Source: Candidatus Fermentibacterota bacterium
GTDB taxonomy: Bacteria; Fermentibacterota; Fermentibacteria; Fermentibacterales; JCC-6
DNA length: 64,000 bases
Reading direction: 5' to 3'
Assembly: GCA_963845085.1 (NCBI GenBank)
Contig: CAWJQI010000004.1
Coordinates: 800,001 to 864,000, forward strand
A model generated the notes under the pieces. That model did not search any database and was not told where the DNA came from. It worked only from the letters and a program-made list of their open reading frames with translations. Below are positions 43,439 through 53,730 of this stretch, piece by piece (position 1 is the first letter of the stretch; each line of letters starts with the position of its first letter). Both the position numbers and the translations under genes were made by a program.

Positions 43439-43472
43439 TCAGGCAACGTCAAGTCTGCTCCGAACCCGGAGT

Positions 43473-44432
43473 TCATGGGAGCCTGATGTTCATCCCGGCG
43501 GCTTCCTCGGGTGAGAGAGGCGAGGCTTCGAACTCCTCCCCTGTATCGGAAACGACGGTGACGTTCATCCCGCCCTTCGTGTACAGGGCCATGAGTCGGG
43601 CAAGAGTTCTCATGTTCTCATCCCCGTGTGGGCCGATGAGAAGCCCAAGGGGACCCGGAATTTCCGAAAGCCTCATAAAGACACCGGAACGGCTTCCGAG
43701 AAGCCGCTGGTTGTCGGCGTCGGATCTTCCAACAAGCGCAACCGCTCCTCCAAGGTCGAACATCCTTCCGGCCCTTATCGCACGGGCCGACTCGGGATCG
43801 AGCAGCCCGTGTCTTTTCAGCACAGCCAGCCGCATCGAGTAGCCGGGATCGGTCAGCAGGCATCCCCCGGCAGGAGCCGGGATCCTGGCCAAGCCGATGT
43901 CCCGGGCCATTGCCAACTGGGGTTTCCTGCTTCTGCCTTCAAGCCCCAGAAGACGCCGTCTGTCCACCATGCCGGTCTCCTCCATCATGGTGGGTTCCAT
44001 GAGAAGCGCGGAGAGAGGCCTCAGGAGCCTGCCTTCGGAGCAGGAGAGGTTTTTTACACGGTTCAGGCTTCCCCGATTCTGACTCATCGGGCGCTGCCCC
44101 AGAACCTCCCCGGAGAAGATAAAGTCGAATTCCTCCTGCTCTGCAATCTTCCAGAGGAGTCTGAACATCGCGGCATGGCAGTCCACACAGGGGTTCATGT
44201 GGCTGCCGAAGCCGGAGGGGGGGTTGTCGAGCAAAGTCATGATCTCATTCGTGAAATCCACCCGCCGCCATGGTGCCCCGATGAGCGCTGCGCCTTCCCT
44301 GCCCTGCGCGGACGAGAAGAAGGGGCTGGCAAAGGTTGCGAGATGAACGTCGATCCCCTGGTCCATGAGCAGCCTCGCGGCCAGAAGGCCGTCCAGCCCG
44401 CCGCTGAACGCTCCGAGCGCTCTGGTCTTCAT
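43473..44432 (-). CDS. PP-loop tRNA sulfurtransferase-like protein (ThiI/MnmA-related, no THUMP domain)
   Basis: FSGGLDG, NPCVDCH, SGEVLGQRPMSQ, LLRPLSA, GRSRKPQ, PAGGCLLTDP. Confidence 0.8.
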   Translation of the reverse strand: MKTRALGAFSGGLDGLLAARLLMDQGIDVHLATFASPFFSSAQGREGAALIGAPWRRVDFTNEIMTLLDNPPSGFGSHMNPCVDCHAAMFRLLWKIAEQEEFDFIFSGEVLGQRPMSQNRGSLNRVKNLSCSEGRLLRPLSALLMEPTMMEETGMVDRRRLLGLEGRSRKPQLAMARDIGLARIPAPAGGCLLTDPGYSMRLAVLKRHGLLDPESARAIRAGRMFDLGGAVALVGRSDADNQRLLGSRSGVFMRLSEIPGPLGLLIGPHGDENMRTLARLMALYTKGGMNVTVVSDTGEEFEASPLSPEEAAGMNIRLP

Positions 44433-45070
44433 TCCAGAACTTTCCAGCCCTTTTTCGCGGCGAGAGATGCCATCCGCCTGCCCGGGCGAACCGCGACTGC
44501 CTGCCCGCAGAACTCAAGGAGCAGCCGGTCGGAGAATGAGTCGCCAAGAGCGAGGGTATCAGTTGGCGAAACACCCTCCCTGTCCATGATGATCCTGGCC
44601 AGGTCCACTTTGACACCGCCCCACGGGCGCGGGCCCACTGTGCGCCCCGTGCAGTACCCGTCGTCGACTTCCGGAATGCTCGCCGAGAAACCATGAAAGC
44701 CGTTGGCGACAGACATCTCCCTGACCAGCGGCTCGATGGATGCGGATACGAGATACAGCCTGGCGCCTTCGTCAAGGCAGCTTGTCAGATAGTTTTTCAC
44801 TTCGGGGCGCACTGAAAGCTGCAGCCTTGCGGCGAGCCTGTTGCAGGCCTTGGCGACCAGTTCGGCCGAAAGTCCGCGAAGGTATGCACGGTTCCAGCCC
44901 CTTCCCTCGCGCAGGGTCCTGACGGGGTGAAGCAGGTACCCGCAGAGAAATGCAAAAAGACGCACAGGGGAAATGGACCTCTCGCGCAAAAGCATTCCCA
45001 GAAGCTCCCTCTCGCTGGAACAGCCGATAAGCGTCCAGTCGAGGTCGCAGATTACGAGGCGGATGCTCAA
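44429..45070 (-). CDS. HAD-IB family hydrolase (phosphoserine-phosphatase-like)
   Basis: CDLDWTL (motif I), LVSAS, K, ALGDSFSD. Confidence 0.88.
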   Translation of the reverse strand: MSIRLVICDLDWTLIGCSSERELLGMLLRERSISPVRLFAFLCGYLLHPVRTLREGRGWNRAYLRGLSAELVAKACNRLAARLQLSVRPEVKNYLTSCLDEGARLYLVSASIEPLVREMSVANGFHGFSASIPEVDDGYCTGRTVGPRPWGGVKVDLARIIMDREGVSPTDTLALGDSFSDRLLLEFCGQAVAVRPGRRMASLAAKKGWKVLE

Positions 45071-45945
45071 ACGGTTGCCAGTACCCCTCTGCCGGTTCCG
45101 GGTGTGTTGTCGAACACCTCGACGACATGGACCAGGATACCGGGAAACATTCTTGGGAAATCACCGTGGAAGTAGGTGTGGGCAATGTTGGTGTACTCCA
45201 CGATGCTTCTGGCGTACTCGCCCGCCTCCTCGTCGTCGGGGTGAACGAGCTGCCCGATCCCGCGCACCTCGTAGGACATGCTGTCAAGGAAAACAAGGGA
45301 TGTAGCGGGCTCGGACATGAGGTTGAGGAACGTGTGCGTCTCGAACTCGGGTGTGCTGTAGAGCTCAAGGCTGATGAGCTTGGTCATGTCGAAGTTTGAT
45401 GCGTTGCCGTACATCTCCTCAAGAAAGCCGATCTTTTCCGGCATCGGTGCGCCCCTGGTTTCGGTCATCAGCCGTATCTTGTCGCGGATGATCTCCCTGG
45501 AGGGGCAAAGCCCCATTCCCTTGAATGCGTTGTTGATCTCGAGGATGCTGTCGGCACGCCTGTAGCCCAGGGTGGCCATGGCAGCGTTGTGGGGGCCAGC
45601 AAGCGAGGGTGGTGTGCCGCCGCGCCCCGCCATGAGGTCACCCAGCCCGGAGAGCATTTCAAGCCTGGCGGAAAGGTTCCAGTCGACGAATCCCTGCGGA
45701 AGGGCGGACACGGAGAAATCCCTCCACTCGCCGTTCACCCTGGCCCGGACAAAGCCGGTCTGTTCACCCGAAGCATCGACACAGTCCTGGCGGAATGAAC
45801 CTTCGTTCCAGAAAGTGTCCATTACAACGCCTTCAAGCTCGCGTGCCAACGCTTCTCCCCCTGCCACTGAAGAGACCAGAGCGGCGCCACCCAGTCTGCC
45901 TGCCTTCTCGAGGAACCTTCTGCGGGTCATTTTTTTCCCTGACAA
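45067..45945 (-). CDS. Tat-exported protein, possibly an FMN-binding split-barrel fold
   Basis: Twin-arginine TRRRFL, hydrophobic helix and ALA cleavage site. C-terminal HTFLNL..P..SLVF...SYEVRG...VVEVFDN resembles PNPOx-like barrels. Confidence 0.6.
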   Translation of the reverse strand: MSGKKMTRRRFLEKAGRLGGAALVSSVAGGEALARELEGVVMDTFWNEGSFRQDCVDASGEQTGFVRARVNGEWRDFSVSALPQGFVDWNLSARLEMLSGLGDLMAGRGGTPPSLAGPHNAAMATLGYRRADSILEINNAFKGMGLCPSREIIRDKIRLMTETRGAPMPEKIGFLEEMYGNASNFDMTKLISLELYSTPEFETHTFLNLMSEPATSLVFLDSMSYEVRGIGQLVHPDDEEAGEYARSIVEYTNIAHTYFHGDFPRMFPGILVHVVEVFDNTPGTGRGVLATV

Positions 45946-46005
45946 AGCCACTCCCTTCTGCACTGGCGGTGTTCGAAACATTTCGGTTATTTTCAGCGCA
46001 ACCGT

Positions 46006-48117
46006 TTGAACTCTACCCGAAAGGAATACAGATTGTCCAGGCTTGCGGAATCCGCCCGGCGGGGTGATTTGTCTGAACTGACCGATCAGTGGACCGATGC
46101 ACTCATCAAGTCACCACCCGTCGGCGACATGATCGAGGCGCTCGAAGTCCTCACAGCCTCCGGCAGGGCCGGAGATGCACTTCTGCTGGCCGAAACGGCC
46201 GCCGAGGAGATGGATGCCTCGGGCTCAGCCTGCACGCTGGATTTCGTCAGCGGCGCAGCAGCGCTTTTCGAGAGATCCCCGGTTCTGAGGCGGGTGCTGG
46301 TTGAAGCCCTGCGTGACCGTCACATTCTCTACGAGCCCCTCGAGCGGTTCCTTGAAAAAAGCGGCCTTCTCACCGATGCCCGACCTCTGAATGCATCCTG
46401 GGGAAGAATGAACAACCTCCTCAGGCTTCAGCAGGGGGCCTACATGCTGCACCCCACATATGGCCCGGGCCAGATCCTCAGGATCACCCGCTCCGCGTTC
46501 ACGGTGAACTTCCAGAAGTCCCGTGATCACGACATGACACTTGATGCGGTGATCGAGACGACAAGGCCCGTTGATGAGAACTCGATTTTCGTTCTGACCT
46601 GGAAGGATCCCGATGCCCTCGAAAGACTTCTCTCGAACGGTGGGCCCTCCCTCCTCGAAAGGGCGATGAAGGATCTTTCCGCAGACGGCCGCCTCACCCG
46701 GACTTCCGTTTCCTCATCGCTTGCGGGAACCGGTCTTGGCGCCACTGCCTTCTGGAATGCATTCCGCACCGCCGCAAAGTCATCCCAGGGATATGCCCTG
46801 ATCGGCGAGGAGATTTTCGTGCAGAAGGGCTCTTCAACGGTCGAAAGGGTGAAGGACCTGTTGGGCTCCCGCGGTATGCCGCTCTCGGAGAAGGCCCGTA
46901 TACTCGAGGGGCTTCTTGTCTCCGATTCGCATGCCTCCCGGGAGGAGCTTTCGTCACTCGTGCCGCTGGTATGTTCCGGGAAGTGCGTTGAAAGCGGAGC
47001 CGCATTCGAACTGGTATGGCTTCTGGGCGGCGGCGCGATCCCCGTTGATGCTGACCCGATTGCCGGAACGCTTCTTGAACCCACTGCATCGCGGGTGCTT
47101 CGAGCCCTCTCTGAAATGCACTCACAGGGGTGCAGAAAGGAATACCTCACCCGGTTCGTCCTGTCGGCCCCGGCTGCCGGGCAGCTCACCGAACTGCTTG
47201 ACAGCCTCCCAAGAGGACCTCGCCAGATCTGCCGTGACATCCTCAAGGATTCCAACCCGGCCTTCCTTGCAGGCTACATCGCGGGGTGCCTGTCCGATCC
47301 CTCCCGGATGGAACTGCATCTCTGGGGGCTCGAGCAGGCTGCCGAAGCGGGCGACCTTCTCCCGCCCGAAGATGTCACCGCACAGATACTGAAGAACATC
47401 TCGAGGGCGAAGGCCGACACTCAGAAAAGGTTGTGCACCCTTTTGATGAACCGCCTGAGGCCGTCCTTCGAAAGCCACATCGCATGCCTCGACACGCGCA
47501 GACTTGAGCGGCTTGCGGAAGAACTCGACCTTCTGGGGAGCGCTCACGAGACCGCACTGCTTCTTCTTGTGAGAAGGCAGCTCAACAGCCGCAAGACGGG
47601 TGACATGTCGCGAAGAAAACACTTCTGGGAGACCCAGGCCGTCTTCTCGAGCCCTTCACGGATCTCAGCGCTTCACGACGAGATGGACAGGCTGCAACAG
47701 AAGGACATACCAGCCGCTGCCGAGGCCATTGCCGAGGCTGCATCGCACGGCGACCTCTCCGAGAATGCCGAATACAAGGCCGCCATGGAAAGACGTGACC
47801 TGCTCCTCGACACCCTCGACCGCCGCAGCAAGCTTCTCGCGATCATGAGACCCTACCCGGAACAGGATCTCTCCGACCGCGTTGTGGCTCCGGGAACCCG
47901 TGTCATCATCGAGGCGCTGGATGATTCCGGAGACTCGAGGGTACTCGGCATCGTCGGTCCTCTCGACACCGACCCCGAGCGGGGATGGATAAACTACCAG
48001 GCACCCCTGGGCGCTGCGCTTCTGGGGCGCGCCACGGGAGATACCGTCACCCTTCCGGGGGAAGAGAGGTCATGGCGGGTCTCGGGGATCGAGATTCTCG
48101 CCGAGGTCCTTTCATGA
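46006..48117 (+). CDS. greA: Transcription elongation factor GreA with a ~540-aa N-terminal extension
   Basis: C-terminal AIAEAASHGDLSENAEYKAA and IVGP.D.D...I.YQAPLG.ALLG...GD. Confidence 0.85.
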   Translation: MNSTRKEYRLSRLAESARRGDLSELTDQWTDALIKSPPVGDMIEALEVLTASGRAGDALLLAETAAEEMDASGSACTLDFVSGAAALFERSPVLRRVLVEALRDRHILYEPLERFLEKSGLLTDARPLNASWGRMNNLLRLQQGAYMLHPTYGPGQILRITRSAFTVNFQKSRDHDMTLDAVIETTRPVDENSIFVLTWKDPDALERLLSNGGPSLLERAMKDLSADGRLTRTSVSSSLAGTGLGATAFWNAFRTAAKSSQGYALIGEEIFVQKGSSTVERVKDLLGSRGMPLSEKARILEGLLVSDSHASREELSSLVPLVCSGKCVESGAAFELVWLLGGGAIPVDADPIAGTLLEPTASRVLRALSEMHSQGCRKEYLTRFVLSAPAAGQLTELLDSLPRGPRQICRDILKDSNPAFLAGYIAGCLSDPSRMELHLWGLEQAAEAGDLLPPEDVTAQILKNISRAKADTQKRLCTLLMNRLRPSFESHIACLDTRRLERLAEELDLLGSAHETALLLLVRRQLNSRKTGDMSRRKHFWETQAVFSSPSRISALHDEMDRLQQKDIPAAAEAIAEAASHGDLSENAEYKAAMERRDLLLDTLDRRSKLLAIMRPYPEQDLSDRVVAPGTRVIIEALDDSGDSRVLGIVGPLDTDPERGWINYQAPLGAALLGRATGDTVTLPGEERSWRVSGIEILAEVLS

Positions 48118-48389
48118 AGTGCCCGGAATGCGGTCATGAGAGCCAAGACAAGGTGATGTTCTCATCTGCGTGTGAAAAGTGTTTCACATGGCTGCACTGC
48201 TGTCGCTGCTGCTCGCTCTTTCAGGCCGCCACGGGCCGTTGCCGCTCCCATACGACGGAGTATTCCGGCCCTCCCGAAGAAAGGAACTTCTGCGACGAGT
48301 TCGCTCCGGGCTCACCGGCTGCGCGGAGTTCGGACGATGGCTCCGCCAGAACGAAGTTCAACAGGCTGTTCGGCGAAGATGAAGGGTGA
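48114..48389 (+). CDS. Small Cys-rich putative zinc-binding protein
   Basis: MKCPECG...CEKC...LHCCRCC...C...NFCDEF...KFNRLF; ATGA-coupled to greA. Confidence 0.75.
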   Translation: MKCPECGHESQDKVMFSSACEKCFTWLHCCRCCSLFQAATGRCRSHTTEYSGPPEERNFCDEFAPGSPAARSSDDGSARTKFNRLFGEDEG

Positions 48390-48392
48390 GCC

Positions 48393-49436
48393 GTGAGGAT
48401 CCTGATAGCGTCCACCGCAACGATTCCCTGCTATTCAGGAGGCTGGTCGACCCCGCTTGACCTGTTTGGCAGCACGCACCAGGCGATGTATCTCATAACC
48501 GGCTTCCGGCTCGGTCTCTGGAGGATGGAAGGCGTTCCGATCCTGGGGCTCGGGATACCCGGACACAGGTTCAGGAACAAGTTCTCCGAGCGTGTCCGCT
48601 GCAAGGTGGAACGAGAGCTTGTGCCTCTCGGCATCAAGTTGTGCGCAGGTCGCTTCCGAGCCGATCTTGTCCTCTGTCTTGACGAACTGGCCGGCTTTGC
48701 GGCAATGAAGGCCGGCGTTCCGTTCGCCATGCGTTTTCACCAGAAGGTTCACCATGATACCGACCTCACCGCCCTCAAGACCCTCACCGACAGGGCGCTT
48801 TTCTCCACCGCATCACAGACTGCGGACGTTCCGGGAACCATTGTGCTGCAGCACTTCGAGGACATGTCCCGCTTTGCCTTTTCGGAAATGAAACGGCCTG
48901 AAAGGGCACTTCTGCTCTGTGTGCTCAACGACGAGCACCGTCCCGAGGATTTTGTCGAAGGGATAATGCTTTCGCGCTCCATGAAGGGCGATATCATCGG
49001 TGCTGGCCCGCTCACGGACAAACTGCGCAGACTCTGCTCCTCAACGGGTGGGAGGGTGAGGCTTCTGCCCCCGCTGCCCCGCCTCAGGCTCGGTGAGCTG
49101 TCGGGGAGGTATCAGGTGGGTGTCGCAACACTTGCACCGAGACAGAGGCATGTGTACCAGATGAAGGTCGTGATGTACATGGCGTGCGGAATGCATGTGA
49201 TTGCGAGCCCATGGACCGAGACCGTGCACACAGCCCCTCATCTTCTGGATGTGTATGAGAGCCCCGTTGACCTTGCCCGGAAACTCGATGCTGTTCAGGA
49301 AGGCTGGCTGTCGCTCGAACAACGCAGGCTGCAAGCCCTGGAATGGGTGAGGGAGAATTACGACATCGAAACCCCGAGACGGCTTTTCAATGAACTGCTG
49401 AAGAAACACCTGCCGACGGGAAGAACTTCCCCCTGA
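48393..49436 (+). CDS. Divergent GT-B glycosyltransferase-like protein
   Basis: MRILI N-terminus, ADLV, IIGAGP, K...YMACG..VIAS, WVRENYD. Confidence 0.7.
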   Translation: MRILIASTATIPCYSGGWSTPLDLFGSTHQAMYLITGFRLGLWRMEGVPILGLGIPGHRFRNKFSERVRCKVERELVPLGIKLCAGRFRADLVLCLDELAGFAAMKAGVPFAMRFHQKVHHDTDLTALKTLTDRALFSTASQTADVPGTIVLQHFEDMSRFAFSEMKRPERALLLCVLNDEHRPEDFVEGIMLSRSMKGDIIGAGPLTDKLRRLCSSTGGRVRLLPPLPRLRLGELSGRYQVGVATLAPRQRHVYQMKVVMYMACGMHVIASPWTETVHTAPHLLDVYESPVDLARKLDAVQEGWLSLEQRRLQALEWVRENYDIETPRRLFNELLKKHLPTGRTSP

Positions 49437-50976
49437 TCCTGCCGGCGAGTGCTGACAGGGTTCGGCACCGCAAAACCACCAATGCCGTGATGTACGCAAC
49501 CGACCCGGACAGGCAGTAGACCGAAAGCCTGAGCAGTCGGTCGAGGAACGGTTTCTCCGCCTCGAATGGGAACAGAAACCGCAGCAGGATCATTACCCCA
49601 ACCATGACGACCACGGCTCCAAGCATTTTGAGCTGCTCCGGGACTATGCTTCTGAGGCCGAGACCCCCCAGTTTCCGGGAAAGTGCCCATGTCTGGTGGA
49701 ATGCCTTGAACGTTGAAGAAAGCGTGGTGGCAAGAGCCAGCCCGCCGATGCCCAGTGGGCCGATGAGTATGAAATTCATTAAAACATTCATTACAAGCCC
49801 TATCACGCCGATCGCTACTGGCGTGGCAGAGTCTCTGAGGGCATAGAAGACTTTTGCTGTCAGAGTGAAAAGCCCGCTTCTCAAGAGCCAGGGAGCATAG
49901 AATGCCAGGGCGTAAGCCACATATCCTGCGTTATCAGGGGTGAAGCTGCCTCTCTGGAACAACACGCTCACGATGGGAAAAGCAGCCGTTGTGAGCAGAG
50001 CTGCCAATGGAAACATCACTATCGAGGTCTGATTCAACCCGGACCTGAGGTTTTCAAGAAGAGGACCCTGTTCGCCCCTGGCCGCCTTGGCCGAATAGCT
50101 GATCTCGGCCATCACTGCAAAGGGGGCGAAGGCGACTGCAAAGACGATGTTCTTGATTCTGTCCGCGTAGTCCAGCGCTGTTATCGAACTTGCCATGAGG
50201 AACGAGGCAAGGATCTTGTCTGCGACCGGGCCGAGAAAGCCCGCCAGAGTGCCGATCATTACGGGTCCCGCCATCTTTACCAGCTGTGCGAGATGGGCAT
50301 CTTTCTCGATCACGGGCTTCAGGTGATACCCGCTCCTCACTGCGCATGCAAAGAGGTAGACAAATGATACAGCGACTCCTGCAGTGATCGACCAGGGAAG
50401 GATCATAACTCCCCAGCGCGAGCCCACGGCGAAGAGCATTGCTGTCGAAACTGCAAGGTCGAGAACTCCGGCAAGCCCCAGGGTTGAAAAGCGCTTCTCG
50501 AACTGGATGAAATTGGTGAGTATCCCTCCCAGGGCCTTGAGAAGAACCATCGGAACGAGAAGCCTCAGCATGACCGAAGCCATCGCGAGCATGTCCGAAG
50601 AGCCTCCCGGGCTCACAGCGGTTACGGCATGTCTGGACCACGCAAAGAGCACGACCATGAGAACGGAGCCTGAAACCGCCACCCATGTCAGAACCAGGTT
50701 GACAAAGCGAATTGCTCCGGCCCGTCCCCTTTGTTCCATGACACGGGCGTAAATCGGCAGAAAGGTGGATCCGAAGGAATGGGTGATCAGATCCCGAACG
50801 AGAAAGGGCAGGACCAATGCAACGGCAAAGGCATCGGTTTTCCAGTCGGCGCCGAAGAGCCTTGCGATCCCGGCGAACCTCAGGTACGAAAGAACAGCCA
50901 CGAGAAGGTTCGTCAGGGAGAGAACGGAAAACCCGAAAACCGCACCCTGGGGTTTTGGTGCTTCCCTCGTTGTCAT
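49387..50976 (-). CDS. murJ: MurJ/MviN-family flippase
   Basis: A.LFGA...DAF.VA..LP, FLPIY, DKILASFL, L.YADR, LFQRGSF, FYALRD..TP, GLALATT. Confidence 0.88.
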   Translation of the reverse strand: MTTREAPKPQGAVFGFSVLSLTNLLVAVLSYLRFAGIARLFGADWKTDAFAVALVLPFLVRDLITHSFGSTFLPIYARVMEQRGRAGAIRFVNLVLTWVAVSGSVLMVVLFAWSRHAVTAVSPGGSSDMLAMASVMLRLLVPMVLLKALGGILTNFIQFEKRFSTLGLAGVLDLAVSTAMLFAVGSRWGVMILPWSITAGVAVSFVYLFACAVRSGYHLKPVIEKDAHLAQLVKMAGPVMIGTLAGFLGPVADKILASFLMASSITALDYADRIKNIVFAVAFAPFAVMAEISYSAKAARGEQGPLLENLRSGLNQTSIVMFPLAALLTTAAFPIVSVLFQRGSFTPDNAGYVAYALAFYAPWLLRSGLFTLTAKVFYALRDSATPVAIGVIGLVMNVLMNFILIGPLGIGGLALATTLSSTFKAFHQTWALSRKLGGLGLRSIVPEQLKMLGAVVVMVGVMILLRFLFPFEAEKPFLDRLLRLSVYCLSGSVAYITALVVLRCRTLSALAGRIRGKFFPSAGVSSAVH

Positions 50977-51016
50977 CAGCTTGCCGGAAAGCGAATCGCG
51001 GGCACTGCGCCGGCCA

Positions 51017-52246
51017 CTATTTGCGCTTGCGTCGGAAATCCGACCTTACATCGTTGAACAGATCGTTCCAGGCATTCCAGGAATCGGGCTTTTCAACCCT
51101 CATCTCATTCCACTTTTCCCTTGCCAGCAGATAGCAGCACAGGATGAAGACCGTGGCAAGGAACACCTCGATCCAGATGTAAAGCTTTTTTGGTCTGCTT
51201 TTCCACCCGGGATCGCCGGGAGCATCAAGGATACGGAGCGTGGAATGAATGGACTCCTCCTGAGTGATGGCCTGTTGAAGGCTTATCGTGAGCATCGAGA
51301 CCATTTTGATCTGAACCTCGTAGTCGGTTCTGAGCCTTGCATATTCGAGCATGGCGATCGGAAGCTGGTCCACCCGGATGCCGATGTCGATCCCGCCGGC
51401 GATGCTGCCCGACTCGATCTCGGAAATGGCCCTGCTTATGGCAGCAGCCTCTGCATCAAGCTCGGAAAGGCTCGCGCTGTTCCCGCCTCTGATGCCGCTT
51501 CGGGCTGCGTTGGCAGCGATGACCGCCTCGAGATACTGGGCCTTCATCTGGGAAAGAACATCCATGAGCTGTGACAGGATTGCATCGGGCGAGATGTAAC
51601 CGTAGTTCTCCTCGAAGGCGATGAGCGAGGCTCCGGTGACGGCAAGTGCGCTGTCGGCGGAACTCAGCTGCCTTTGGAGAAGTTCGCGGTCCTCGATCTG
51701 CCGCTGGGTGAGTACGGAAATGTTCACGCTGTCGAGGGCGGCAATGACCGCCTCCGCCACAATGATCGAAAACTCTGGAGTGCCCGTCGTGACCTCTATC
51801 TGGATGAAACCCGAAGATGTTGTCGTGGCGCTGTAGTTTTTACGGAACTGCTTTCGGGCGAGGTAAAGGGCCGTGTAGGGCTGTCTTTCGTATCTCTGGT
51901 CAAGGTCAACGGTTTCGAGATAACCTGTCTTTATCATCACATGATCGATCAGGGAACGGCTGTTGAGAATTGTCACGTAAACGTCGCCCAGGGTGGTCAT
52001 GAGGGGGAGTGAATAGCCCATGCCGCCGCTGAAGAAGCCCGCGAGTTCACCTAACGCAAGCCCGCCCATGTTCAGCCCGGAAAGGTTCTGTTCCTCGGGA
52101 GGGAGGATGACGGAAGTGACAGTGTACTTCTTTGGGAGAATGTACGTGATGCCGATCGTGAGTGCCATAACGATCAGGATGGTTCTGATCAGAAATTTCC
52201 GGTTTATCAAAAGAAGGTACATAAGTTTGGCCGGTGCGCTCTGCAT
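51017..52246 (-). CDS. Polysaccharide chain-length regulator (Wzz/GumC-like)
   Basis: N-terminal TM + LPKKY.V...ILPP, ILNSRSL, periplasmic coiled coil, ILDAP..P..KSRPKK + C-terminal TM. Confidence 0.85.
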   Translation of the reverse strand: MQSAPAKLMYLLLINRKFLIRTILIVMALTIGITYILPKKYTVTSVILPPEEQNLSGLNMGGLALGELAGFFSGGMGYSLPLMTTLGDVYVTILNSRSLIDHVMIKTGYLETVDLDQRYERQPYTALYLARKQFRKNYSATTTSSGFIQIEVTTGTPEFSIIVAEAVIAALDSVNISVLTQRQIEDRELLQRQLSSADSALAVTGASLIAFEENYGYISPDAILSQLMDVLSQMKAQYLEAVIAANAARSGIRGGNSASLSELDAEAAAISRAISEIESGSIAGGIDIGIRVDQLPIAMLEYARLRTDYEVQIKMVSMLTISLQQAITQEESIHSTLRILDAPGDPGWKSRPKKLYIWIEVFLATVFILCCYLLAREKWNEMRVEKPDSWNAWNDLFNDVRSDFRRKRK

Positions 52247-52256
52247 GGTGATTTTC

Positions 52257-53730
52257 TCACTCCCTCAAGGATTCGGGCGATGGATCCGCCCATTCTTCGC
52301 TCACGCGGTCTTCTGCGGTAATATATGGATTACCGGGCTGTTTCCGCCCGATTACGGCGAGCAGCCCCATCACTATCCAGAAGAAAGCACCGGTTTGCGG
52401 CCATTGCAGAAGATTGTCAACAAGCTGGTGTGCCGCGAAGGCTGTGAGTCCGGAAATCATGCCGACACATAGGTCACTTGCGCCCCTTGTCCGAAACGCC
52501 TTGACGGAGGCGAATGCTGCAGCGCCTGCAATGAGCATCAGGGAGATGGCTGAGGCTATGCCCCCCTTCAGCACCATGTCGAAGATCAGGCTGTTCAATC
52601 CACCGAAGTGTTCGATATGATCCGTACTCCTCTCGTGCCTCGCCTCCCAGAAACTGTAAAGGCTCGATCCGCTGGAGAAGTACTCCCTGGCCCCCCATCC
52701 AACTCCGGTCAGGGGATGAGCGCTGATATCCATGATGTATCTGCTGTAGGTGACATACCTGTGGATCAATGTTGCTTCGATGACTGTACTGGAAGGGTCG
52801 GTCAAAAGCACGAGCTGGCGGTTGAACATCTCTGCGTTGCTGAAAATGAAGGCTGAAAAGATGGAAATGGCAAGAATGGGCACCCATACCCGCTTTCTGA
52901 AGCGGAAGATGAGATACGCCAGACAGGCAAGGGTTATGGTTATGAACCCTCCCCTTGAGTAAGTGTAGAGGCCGTTCAGAACCCCCAGCCCTGCCGAAAG
53001 AAAGCCAAGGGCTTTCCATTTCTTGTTGCGGAAGAAGAAAGACGCTGCAAGGGTTGTGGGAACGGTCAGTTCCAGAAAGCCCGAGTAGCTGTTGGCTCCG
53101 CCCCTGATTGTAGCGAAGGCGCGGCCCTGGATGTTGTAGCCTGAAGCCACCTCGCCCACCGACCATGCCGCCCCCGTGTGGAACTGGATGATGCCGTACA
53201 CTGACAGAACAAAAAGGGTTACAACGACGGCCTTCAGCATCCTCTCGAACCAGGGCGGCCTGCCGTACCAGTCCATAATGATCAGTGCAAGCGGTGCGTG
53301 AATGAAGAACTTGTGAGATTCACGAAAGGCGTTGAGGAAGTGCTGGCCGTTGGCGTGAACTGATACAATCAGGGACACCATCTGGGCAAGGTAGGCGAAC
53401 AGCACAAGCCATGAAAAGCCGCCGAACCTGCAGACAGCCGTACCGGTAGAAATCTTTGCGACAAGGTACACCAGATAACCCGAGCATCATGAACACCACG
53501 GAGAGAAAAACAGGGAACGGACCAAGGCTTACCTCCTGATACCCAGCGCAATAAGAATGGAAGAATGAGAAGCCAGCTTTCTGGGATCGGGAACTGCGAA
53601 AAGCAGCGAGGGGAAAGCCGGGGAGAAGCATGGCAGGGAAGGGCCGGCTGCCGGGCAGCATCATGATGCAGGCGATGAAGTAGAGGATGATGAAGCCTGC
53701 AACGGCCAGAGTTCTCTTAAGCTGAGACAT
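52257..53730 (-). CDS. O-antigen ligase/polymerase (WaaL/Wzy-like), frameshifted near 53480
   Basis: Multi-TM protein with RA.AT...AN, TYSRGG and HPLTGVGWG. The N-terminal part (MSQLKRTLAVAG...) is in a different frame from the rest. Confidence 0.78.
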
